A DNA stretch of 64,000 nucleotides, filler included, from Sphacelaria rigidula (lineage: Eukaryota), in the NCBI GenBank assembly GCA_964200075.2. It is 7 parts of 7 records of this genome, joined end to end, with 100 filler letters (N's around TTAATTAATTAA, not from the genome) between each part and the next. Parts side by side here need not be neighbours in the genome. Positions count along the whole stretch, not along the records: positions 45,813 to 54,874 come from CAXNAA020009400.1; positions 54,975 to 64,000 come from CAXNAA020009476.1; 5 more parts are not named here. One strand, 5' to 3'. Position numbers and translations under genes: made by a program. Under the pieces are notes generated by a model. That model ran no database searches. It saw only the letters and a list, made by a program, of their open reading frames with translations, and had not been told where the DNA came from. Of the stretch, positions 53,402-64,000 are shown one piece after another; the stretch's first letter is position 1; each line of letters begins with the position of its first letter.

Positions 53402-54979
53402 TTAAGGTCATATATTATCCTGTACATTTTTTTTTTTTTTTTTATTCAGCGGCGGTGCCGTGTGTTACCAGGTTGGTCTGCACTTCACAGGGATATCCTT
53501 ACATCGGATTAATTCGGGGAACTGGTGAAGCTGTAGTGCGGACAACGTTTGGCCGTTTTTTAAGCTGGCCCGGCTCGTATAGGTATCATGTTGCTGTCAA
53601 CAGTGACTGTCTTACAAATTTTCCACAGGATGTCAAACTGAACCCCCCCCCTATCCACAGTACCTTTAGACGACTCGCTGCTCAAGGGGTAAGAACCTGC
53701 TCGGCGGCGAATGCCGCAGATTCCTCACAAATCAGCCACATACATGTACAACACGGGAGTCTCATTACTATATTTTTGGCCACAAGGCCTCCTATCAAAT
53801 GTCGGGGAGGAGCATTCGTTTGTATGGAACATGTCTTGAGAGCCCTGTACAACATCCCCGCTGTTCTGTTCTACTTCCCTTTTCGAGTTCCGCGCGTATT
53901 TGTGGTGACCGCAGTGGGAATGATGGCGCGTTTTTGGCAACGGCTGTCCGTCTCTCAGTGGGGTGTTGCCTCGCCTGGCTTGGAAAACTCGACGGCTAGT
54001 GTGCGTTGCGGCAACGACAAGGGTGGCTAGTGTTGTCAACACGATCAGGGGTCGGACGGATAATGACTCGTGTAGAAATTGCTTGATTTTAGTGTAATTG
54101 ATTCGTGCTGTATTAACCCTTTTGGGACCGGGCCTCCAGAACGACCAATGAGGTTGGTCAGCAATGACGTCTGGCGTCTGCACGAAACAGTGCAGTGTTG
54201 CTGAGAATCCGCGTATGTAACCGTAGGGTTGTTATGACAAAGACCGAAAGTTTAATCCAATCTGTTTTCAGGTGCAGGGTGCGCATGAGATGGTGTGCAT
54301 CTAAGCGAGCAGTATTGGTGGTGGTAGAGAGCTTCCAACAGGATGCGGCGACATGTTGCTTTGGATGATACTTTTGTCCTCATCACCTTGCCACACAGCC
54401 CTTTGTGGTCGGGGTGGGCTACCATTTCCCCCCTTGTTGCATGCGGCAAATATTCTCTTCGAAGGGTATCAACGTTGCGGCGCGCATGCATACAACAGTG
54501 TAGTGTAGTGCAGTATAGTACGCCTCTCCGACTGAAGCAGCAGCTGCCGCTGCAGACTCCCTTGCACGTTCTCGGCAACTCTCAGCTAGCGAAATCAGCT
54601 GCCTATTAACAGCTATATCATCCCCGTCCGCTACATACATGTGGACTGCACACTGCAAGTCATCGGCGGAGGAATCCGCAGAATTAATTACAGTAGCTCC
54701 TTTGTCTTTCCACAGCCCACCTGGATTTTGTGCCTCGTGAAAATGACCACATGGTGGCATGTACACTCCTTCCCGGTTTTTTCCGGTCCACCCTGTGTTA
54801 GTGTAAAGGCGTGTCTTACCACCTTTTTTTTTCGATCGAAAAAGTGCGATCGAAGTTTTTTCTGCCCATCTGATNNNNNNNNNNNNNNNNNNNNNNNNNN
54901 NNNNNNNNNNNNNNNNNNTTAATTAATTAANNNNNNNNNNNNNNNNNNNNNNNNNNNNNNNNNNNNNNNNNNNNGGGGG

Positions 54980-55046
54980 CGTACTCATTTGTTGCTTGCC
55001 TTAGTCGTTTGACCATTGACCATGCATCCCTTTCGAGACGGAGCAT
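54980..55046 (-). mobile_element. Family A LINE 3' end at contig start
   Basis: GGGGGCGTACTCATTTGTTGC...GAGACGGAGCA. Confidence 0.88.
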
Positions 55047-55699
55047 CATGTTGTGGGGGGTTGGGGAATCTCAATTCCGAGCAAACGGGATGATCGTACG
55101 GCGTAGTATTTAAATCCCGAGACGCCCATGATAAGGCAGTGTGTCACGCGTGGCTATCTCTGGCAGTGGCGATGTCAGAAAATGAAGCAACTCATTGAAG
55201 GCTGCCATCTACATGCAAGATATTTAAGACGCTTTGGGCATGTTCTCTTCGAGGAAGAAACCCGGTCATTTTCGGCTGAGTGCTTTGTTTCGGGCGCGGA
55301 CAGAAATTGAACGGTGACGTATTCAGAATTGGCGAGGGCACACTTGCTGAGGCAGTCCGCTGTTCCTTCAAGAGTTCCCCCTCTTTTTTGTGGTCACACG
55401 TGGTCGCAACAGATTGATGAAGCAAGATCGAACGTTTCGGTTTTTGCTTCTACATTCAACCTCTGACTTTCAAAGGCGCTGATGCAGGCTGGCCAGACCA
55501 ATGGCGAGCGCGCGTCGTTTGTGCCAGGATTGTTGGGGGTTCACAAAACCGGTGTGTGTGCAGTGTCATCTGACTGCTCGTCGAGAGAAGAGTGTTTTGG
55601 GGTTACACGTTTCCTCGTGAAACGCTGAAATGGATCACATGATGCGAACATCAGCCTGGACTGCTGTATTGATCACAAGTTGAAAACATTAGCTTAGTC

Positions 55700-58500
55700 T
55701 GCTGTACGGTGCAGAACAGTCACGAATGATCCCATGGGTGGGGTCTAACTCACTGGCGCTTACGGGGGAAAGCGTCGGCCGTTTGATTGATGATGCTGGT
55801 TCTCCGCACTTTCCACTGCATATCGACGTCGATTGTATGTCACATTGGTTCGGGGGGGGCGGAAAACAATTCCCAAGATACATCGAGTACTGCGCACGTC
55901 GGAATCAGGAGTTAGGGTGGATGTGAAGGAGGTTGAAAAGATATTGACAAGTGAGATACGGCAATCACAAAGCACTATGCCACATGCGCACAAGTTGCGG
56001 TCAAAGGTGAGAAGAGACGCGACTAATGGCAGAACGATTGAGTTTGACAAAACACGCGCCAACGAAAATGATCAGATACATATATCTCCGGTGTGAGTCG
56101 GTGAGATAAGTTTTGTACCATTTATGACCTTTCATTCCCAGCAATGAGAAATGGTCCCCATGGGGCCACGAGTGGTAATGCAGACACAGATTCTGCATGT
56201 GCGCCTTCAGTAGAACTGGGCCACGCGCTTGAGGATATGATGTTGCGAACTTCGTATCTACAGTGGTCCAGGGGTGGAGCTGCGTGTCTCGTAATTAGCA
56301 AGAAAGATGCGAGTGGGGTATACAGACAAGTACCTAGGATGCTCGCGGGTGAACTTGCTGTCAGCTATGCTGTCGATGATGTGGTGGTGTCTGATCTCCG
56401 GCTGCAGTTTTGATGGCGCAGCGAGTTGGGTCTCTGACCTGGCTATTGGCGGCCTCTGCGCGTAAATGATAACCTAGTCACAGGTATTTTCGCGGTGCTT
56501 GTGCATCAAATGCCCGCCGATCGGCGTCGTAAGAAGCCACGGTAACGATAAAACGTGATAGCGGCATTGTACCGGCCCCTGTCCACCGGGAACCGATGTA
56601 GGGGGCCGCCGTTCCACGGTATATACGCCACCGTGATAGTAAAGGAGTCTTCCGCTGGTTTCGTATTGCACATATAATTCGTAATTCGACCAGGACAATT
56701 CACTATACGACTATGGTTGCAATCCATGGAATTATCCACGGCACACAAGGTCAGCGTGAAATGAGAGAATTCGCCATGTGCTCAGCTAACCGGAACCGGC
56801 GAATGTTACATGGGGCGGAATTTCACGGTTTTCCGGAGATTGGTGGTCTCCGATGAACTAACAGTTACCGGGGATCGTATAGCAACTATTGGCGCGGATG
56901 CCAGCACGATCGTGGTTTTCAGACGCATCAGCGTCGGTGATTGGCGGTTTGTGCAGAAGCTGACATTTGATGACAATATGACTCGACGCATGACCAGCGA
57001 CAGCTCGTTCACAGCCGCGAAATTCATGACAGAAATGAAATTTCTACTATTGTGCTCAAACTACCGGGAATGGTCGTGTCTGCGTGGTCGATCGTGGTCT
57101 TTCTCAGAACAAAAAACAGCTGAAAATGTCAAACATCGCGTCCTGTCACGGGGAGACGATGGCTCAAACATGTAATACATCAACAAGTGCCGGGGGGACG
57201 ACGAACCGAGAGCAGGAACACTTACGCGGTACTTCGGCCACTCGAAGTAGCTAGCGCATGGTATTTTCAAGGCCAAAAGAGTCCCTGCTTCAGCAGGCGG
57301 TACTCCGCGGTGGCCGAGAAATTCTATGACCATCGATTTGATTGCTTCGTGTCCCAGTGTCTCATGGTATGTACAGATAATCGGGGACCAGGGGGCACCA
57401 GCTTCATTCCCCCATTTTGGATTCAAGTTCCCTGGAAGACCCATTGGGCAATCATCTAAGCAGACTCACCAGGGATACAATAGGTCACTCATTCGCTTCC
57501 GCCACGACATGAGCCGCCCAGGGTTTTTTGCATAAGGGTTTAAGACGACGATAATGTAAACGCACTTCCGTCTTACGCGTCGCAGGCTTGTCAAGTGTAC
57601 GGGTTACAAGCCAACTCAACTGCAAATCGTTCGGTAGCTGTGAAATCGTCGCATGCGTTGTGATACAATATTAACGAGCTGCTGCACCAAATGGATTTGC
57701 CTATCGGACACTTGTCGGCGCGAAGAGTGATAAAAGGCGTCGAAGCGTAGCTTCCCAGAAGTAGAATGTCAGCCGCGGTTGCGGCCGCCAGTATCTTGGA
57801 TGGCACCATGTACGGCGGCCCAATTAGTGGTGTCGCAGGTGGGAGAAGGGGGGCGCGTACTGCCTTCACTTCTCAGGGTGGCCTATTTCTGTTGGCTCGG
57901 GAACCCGAAGTCTCTGCCGAAGGTGCCGATCGAGGACACCATAGATATTATGTGTGACGGGAATATGTCGCTTTACTTCACGACAAGCGGCAAATCTAAT
58001 GGCCGTGAGTGTTTTCGGCCGCTCGTTTAGAGGTGCACTTTCGTGCCATCGAAGGTGAAGAGATGAGGCGGGGGGTGAGGGTGAAACGTACAGAACGCGG
58101 CGAGAATCATGGTTGTGTTAGCAGGTTGGCTCCACAACCGGAACCGGTTCACTTTTATAGTGGCATTGCTTCCTTGTATAAGGGATTTGCCTGGGGATAT
58201 ACCGTGAATGAGGTGTATACGGGGCAATAGAGTGGCCACCTGGTGGGCCCAGGGTAAAGCATCGAAGGTGTTAAGAAGCTTGGTGAAGGCGGCGGGAGCG
58301 GACTCCTACGACTACGTGCTGTTCTCTTCACGTATCGGCAGGGCTCTTGACTTCCAGCGAAAGGAGCATCGCGTGATGTAGTGCAGACAAAAGGTAAATG
58401 GAATTCAGATGCTTCTGAGCTACACGTTAAAAGGAAAAGCAGGAACACGAAGGGAGCGTCTCCTGACGTAGAACGGGCATCGCTTGGGGGGACCAAGCAA
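55700..58500 (+). mobile_element. Decayed DIRS/Ngaro-type tyrosine-recombinase retrotransposon (RT-RNase H-YR)
   Basis: RT: NADTDSACAPSVELG, ISKKDASGVYRQVP, DLRLQF*WRS. RNase H: LSRGDDGSNM*YINKCRG. YR: GGRVL..LRVAYF/LLAREPE, EVHFRAIEGEE, GASRDVVQTKGKWNSDA. Many stops and frameshifts. Confidence 0.82.
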
Positions 58501-59575
58501 CCTGGAGAGGAACCCCATCGGAATGGGGTGTGAGATGTTGAAGCGTACACGCGTTATTCGGGAAGAAAAAGGAGAGACTGCAGCAGCCACGCGTGAAGCG
58601 TATATGTACACTCAAAGTCTGAGGAAAACAACGGAAGAAATTGATACAGAGAAGGTATCCGTGCTCAAAAACCGGCAACGTCGTTTGTTGGCTGGCAGGG
58701 ACCCAGGATACTGCCGGTTGGCGTGGTCAATCTTTGCTGGCACCTAACTACGGAGCTAGTTAGCATATAAAAAATGTGCCCCTCGCCCTCCATACCTGCA
58801 CCTTGAGAGACGTATCAATGCACCACCTCGAAAGCCGAGCTCAAATCGAAATATTGACAATCGAGGGAATACGTGGTTTATGGGAGCAGAATAACTCCAC
58901 CTACCCCAATTGAAGTCAACTGAATTCACATGGGTAATCATTTGTTCGAGATGAAGAATGCTGGACAGGACCTGAAACGGTCAGTGCTTCGGATGCCTTC
59001 GCCTGTGATGCCTGGCATCGAAGCGACTACTAGCTAAAGCGCTGAGAGCAGACGCGTCAGTATACGCACGGAACGCCGGCCTGAACAGCCAGTCAGTTGT
59101 GAAACAGGGGATACAACTGTGAAACGGACGCACGGCTGGAATTGAAGTGCCGTGAGGATCAGCATCGTTTCCCTATCCGCTCGCCCTGTGCTTTCGAAAG
59201 GTGTCATGGGCTTAGCTGGAGAGATCCAACAGTGAGCGAGTAGCATTGTAACACCACGAATTGATGTAAACGGAATCAACGACGAATCTGACATTCGAAA
59301 GTTGGCGTACTGCTACATGTGCTCACGCAAAGAGATGTCTCCAAGACAACTGTAAGGTGGCGGTTTGAAGGACAGGTCACGACGGTTTCATCTGAGAAAA
59401 GGTATCAAATGCCTCTAAAATGAATTTGAAATCCATGCGACGAGTGGTCAAATAACCTAGACCACAAATGATTCGGAGGGCGTATGTTTTCCCTCGGTGA
59501 GGTAGGAAGCAGTGCAGCACGACAGCAGCAGTCTCTTGCAACAACACGGAATTTGTCACTGCACGAGCAGGGGGT

Positions 59576-59856
59576 GTAGTCATGATGATGCATGCCATAG
59601 TCATCCGACCATTGACCTCGCATCCCTACAAAGCCGGGACGGAGCACGCCGGTTTTTTGTCTGACCAGACTCGCACTTAAATCACCAAGCGCGAAGCGCC
59701 GTGGTGTGCTCGGCGAGTCGGATGAAAGGTGAGCTGCATCCTGCTGGGATTGTTCAGCACGAAGCCTACTGATTATCTTGCATTTGAATGACAGCCTCCA
59801 ATGAGTTGCTTTATTATGTTGCATTGCCACTTTCAGAGACAGCCACGGCTTATATA
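59576..59856 (-). mobile_element. Family B LINE 3' end
   Basis: G-runs on both sides (~59570 and ~59862-59873). Confidence 0.85.
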
Positions 59857-59879
59857 CGGGCGGGGGGGGGGGGTACACC

Positions 59880-60520
59880 AGAGCATCGACACACTCCGCA
59901 AATCTCTCGATACTTGCCTTACATTTCCGTATCGCGGATTGGATTATGAACATACACTCCCGCAACGCATAGACTATGGTTCAACAAAGTCATCTATAAA
60001 CGCTCTTCACTCTGCTCTTCCATATGTCGAGCATATAAATATTTTGCACAATCGGCCACGTTCACTGCGCGTTGAAGTTTCCCCAGAAGAAACCGGGGAG
60101 ATGTTTGCAGAGCACAGCCTGAAAAGCCACTACAGTCGTCACCATGTGCGATTTTACCAGGGCTCACTTCGCTATTTTTTCTACGTGGCATTCACCTTGG
60201 CAAAACCACAGCAGTTAGTGAATGGAACGTTACATAATGGATCGGAAATACCACTTCCATCCAAAGCGCTGCCACGCAAATGACTTGCTCCGGTTCCAAT
60301 CCAAACCGTTACCGAGCAAGTCATATGCTCCCGTTCCCGTCCAGACAATACCCACCCAAGTACTGCTTTTTCTGTGGTTTCTCGCCATCATCTTTACAAA
60401 ACTCGTCAAAATATATATTGGGCCGAACTGCTGTACAGAGAGGCAATGAATCAATGAATCAACATCACGTTACGTCAGTGGGGCAGTGGTAAAAATCTGC
60501 AATCTCTTGTGAACGGCTTC
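59880..60520 (-). pseudogene. Decayed IS630/Tc1/mariner-type transposase
   Basis: RNHRKSSTWVGIVWTG (cf. KHPxSVMVWAGI), TWP..LDIWKSRVKSVY (cf. WPxxSPDLNPLDxxW), ALRECMF..CKASIERF. Confidence 0.45.
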
Positions 60521-61167
60521 AAGGTGATCCCTTGGCATGAGGATTATTATCTTCGACTCGGCTGTACGGCAACATAGACGAGACGGGGTATGGGACGTAG
60601 AGCCAGCAGCCTCAACGAAACGACGGAGCCTGCCTGGTGGTTATCTGTGTTTCTGCGAGCGTAGCGTGAACCGACACGTGGTCAAACCTGAACAATTACG
60701 CCGGCCGCTGCCTCCGCGTCGATACCGTGCCCTTCATAACCGTCGTTCGAAATCCGAAAAGCTTCCAAGCGAAGGGGAAGCGTGGTGCATAGTCACGCTT
60801 TCAGCCCACGCATGCAGCGTACACACCACCCTGGGCCGTCGGTACTGTTGAGGCAAGCATACCTGCGGCGTTAACCTACACATACGTAGAGTTTCAGTGT
60901 CACCAGACGCCCATTGCGCTGTGGTTTGAACCCCCAACCTTCCGAAATACCACCTCTAGACTACTGATAACGGAACAGCACTGTGTATGATACTGTTGTT
61001 TTAATAGCGCTGACCGTAAGTGGTGAGGTATGCTGGAATGAATGCACTTTCTTGACCCTTCTGGATAGGCATAATTGATTTCGATTACGTGTGCCATTCT
61101 CTGCGCCAACGACCAGCCAGAAAGGCGCGCTCCAGGTCGTTCGTGGGGGGAGGGGCAAGGGGGGGGG

Positions 61168-61434
61168 CGTACTCATTTGTTGCTTGCCTTNNNNNNNNNN
61201 TCTGTGAGCTGCATCCTGCTGAGATCGTTCCGCCCGAAGCGTACTGATTATCTTGCATTTGGATGACAGCCTACAATGAGTTACTTCATTTTCTGGTATC
61301 GTCACTCCCAGAGACAGTCACGACTTATACTCTGCCTCGCGGGTGTCTCACCGAGGACTCATATGACTGGGGGGCGTACTCATTTGTTGCTTGCCTTAGT
61401 CGTTTGACCATTGACCACGCATCCCTTTCGAGAC
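61168..61434 (-). mobile_element. Stacked A/B/A oligo(C)-tailed LINE ends
   Basis: A end at 61168, 10-N gap, B fragment 61201-61350, A end 61375-61434. GGGAGGGGCAAGGGGG is duplicated at 61148 and 61435. Confidence 0.75.
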
Positions 61435-61454
61435 GGGAGGGGCAAGGGGGTAGA

Positions 61455-61532
61455 TGTTAAGACACCGATTGACTGCTGAGCTAAACAGCCAGCGCTGGCT
61501 GTTTAGCTCAGCAGTCAATCGGTGTCTTAACA
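61455..61532. repeat. Perfect 78-bp loopless palindrome
   Basis: TGTTAAGACACCGATTGACTGCTGAGCTAAACAGCCAGC followed by its exact reverse complement. Confidence 0.95.
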
Positions 61533-62434
61533 AAAGCTAAGTTCGGTGGGTCCGTCTCACGACCCCGAGTACTCTCACCCCAGGGTTGCTATCCCTGTAA
61601 CCAACGCTGTTCAGTTCAACCGGTAGACTTCGACCCGCACCCGGTGCTCAATATCGAAGTCAAATTCTCAATCTTTTTGCGTTTCATTCGACCGCACCCT
61701 CGCGACATCGAAGAATGCTGATGCAGTCAATGCGTATCTTAACAGTAAACACCATAACCACCATCCCGTTCGACGGTACCATCCCCGAGGCTACTGCACG
61801 TGCGTTTGTTCGGCCAGTTGCAACACTCCGATACCCAAGTTGTGTGCGTTTTACACGTTGTCACACGCGGTTTTGTCTTGGCTTGAGTTTTGGCGCATAT
61901 TTACCAATACATCAGACGCAGATAGCGTGGAGACGTGGCATCACCGGAATCGTGAGCTTGGGTTTTCGGAATAATTGAAATGTCGCATTGGACGCCGCGG
62001 GTGTAAGGTATACAATACCCGATTAGGTCGAGCAGATACATTCTGTAGATGCTTCGCAGTAGGCAATAGAGTGAATGCTCTAGAGAGTACACATTTTTCT
62101 GATGTTTTTCGTCCAGGGTTCGAGATATGGCACCCCTCACTTCATCGAACAAAGCTTTCACGAAATATCATCACTACAGCAGTCAGCATCAGAAGTATTC
62201 AGAATTCGTAGTTGTTTTAGTTTTTGAGGTTTTCTCGAGAACTATTCTTCATTCTACTTGAAAGTGCTATTGCCGGTGGATTTAGGGGGAAAGCATAGGC
62301 TGCACTCAAACGACAGTGCCCACGTTGGTGTTTTTGGGGCAGTACGGACTAGACACCCTCGTTTATCAGGAGGGTGGTATTGACCATTTTTGGCCTTCCC
62401 CGGCTCTCCCGCAACGAAACAGTAAATATTTCAC

Positions 62435-62454
62435 ACCCTGGACAATGCAATATG

Positions 62455-62488
<34 letters not shown>

Positions 62489-63406
62489 CCCGCTCAATAT
62501 GTCGACGCGTCGGGTGGTCAATATATATCGGGTGAGCAATATGATGGCACGAAAGAGGGTCAATATATATATATTGTGCCATCAATATGTCAAGGCCCGC
62601 GACATGCAATATATATCGACCGAACAATATATCACGACACGCGCCGCCTCAATATATATTGGCCGAGTAATATGTTGGTGCGAGAAGGTACCAATATATA
62701 TTTGTCGAGTAATATATTGGCTGCCACACGAGGTCAATATATATATATTGATGATTTAATATACTCAGCACCCGAACCGTCAATGTATATTGCCGCCCCA
62801 ATATGTCGTGCGTCAATGCGTCCAATATATATTGGGTGAATGGTACACGAGGGAACCCACGGTCACAATACATATTTGTGCAGCAAAGTATTTTGATTTT
62901 CAACATGTTGATTGTAAAGTGTATTGTAATTAGTATGGTGGGCAAGTTTATGTTCGCGGGTCATTGGAAGATGTATCACCACATGCCGAAAACGCTCAAC
63001 TTTTTCTCCGCAAGCGTGTTCAATATATATTGGCTGCACAATAGCTATGCGATGAGCGTGCGCAATATTGGAAAAACAATATTTTTGCATGGTTTGCGTT
63101 CAATATATATTATTGTAATATCCTACGTATCGCTTTGACTCAATATATATTGACACTTCAATACATACACGGCCGGCATGCACAATATATTTTGAATGTT
63201 TCATTCCCGGAGCAAATGCATGTTCAATATATATATATATATATATTGTCATACAATACTTCATGATCATGACAGGAGCAATACATGTTGTTGCTTCAAT
63301 GTCTCCGAGGACATCTCAACACAGTATATATTGAAAGGACAATATTTGAGCTGGCTCCAATACAAAGTATTGGTATCATATTGGAACATATTGTATTGCC
63401 CAGGGT
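62435..63406. mobile_element. AT-rich TIR element built of CAATATATATTG palindromic units
   Basis: ACCCTGGACAATGCAATATG / CATATTGTATTGCCCAGGGT termini. Recurrent CAATAT(AT)nTG motifs, which continue at ~63760-63900. Confidence 0.7.
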
Positions 63407-64000
63407 ATAGGCAACACAGCCCCGGTGACCGCAGGGGTACCAACAGGCGCATATCGACCCGCGTTTCCTGCCATCGTGATGTTTAGCCAAGATATATTAA
63501 ATACATACTGTGAAGGGATGGGCGGTCTCGCCCCGGTGGTCAGAGAGGTATCAGAAGGCGTATATACCGGGTCGCCTCTTCTGTCACCATAATTTCTGAC
63601 CGGAGTACATATAGATATATATATCAGCGTATTCGACAACTCTCCGTAGTAATGCACGCGAACGTTTGTGGCTCCCTTTAAAGCTTTTCCCAACTTGGAC
63701 GGGCTCCGGCCTCCATCGCGTCTGGACCTTTCTTGAATCGTACACCATAATAATTATATCCAATATATATTGAGCGGCCAATACAACACCCACGCAGACC
63801 CAATATGTATTGACCGGTCAATATGTTTTCATCAATGCGACCCTAATATATATTGGTCGCCCAATATGCTGTCGCCCACGCTCCCCAATATATATTGATG
63901 GGACAATAGAGGTTTCGGAAAAACAGATCAGAACTCAGGGATAAGAGCGAGAACGACTGGATTGTTTACGCTTAAACCCCAGGTTTGTTTTGATTTATTT

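Noticed and set aside
53179-54030. 283-aa ORF
   Set aside because: Runs through a MITE TIR and a poly-T tract; a chance frame.
9064-54974. ~9.16-kb periodicity with a TTAATTAATTAA palindrome
   Set aside because: Assembly linker, not biology.
62435-63900. CRISPR-like appearance of palindromic motifs with variable spacers
   Set aside because: Motifs are short, degenerate and irregularly spaced. There are no cas genes and the context is a eukaryotic TIR element.

Overview
Repeat-rich eukaryotic DNA, most likely from a brown alga (Phaeophyceae). This is an inference from the GC/Gly-rich exon style, TTAGGG repeats and the mix of transposable-element families. The window is not one locus. It is seven unrelated ~9.06-kb contigs (9063, 9063, 9062, 9062, 9062, 9062 bp and a truncated last one) joined by artificial 100-bp N44-TTAATTAATTAA-N44 linkers. 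It contains decayed elements of an RTE-type LINE, a Gag-protease LTR retrotransposon, a DIRS/Ngaro-type tyrosine-recombinase retrotransposon, pogo-like and Tc1-like transposases and a PIF1-like helicase. It also contains tRNA-derived SINEs, hAT and Harbinger non-autonomous elements, and only a few host exons. The most striking signal is about 15 5'-truncated copies of two sister LINE families. They end in an ATGAGTAC-like motif followed by an oligo(C) run instead of poly(A), sit in G/C homopolymer runs with G-run-containing target duplications, and stack on each other. Second is a TGT...ACA MITE family that carries TTAGGG telomeric repeats internally. All protein-family calls are motif matches made by eye; no database search was run.
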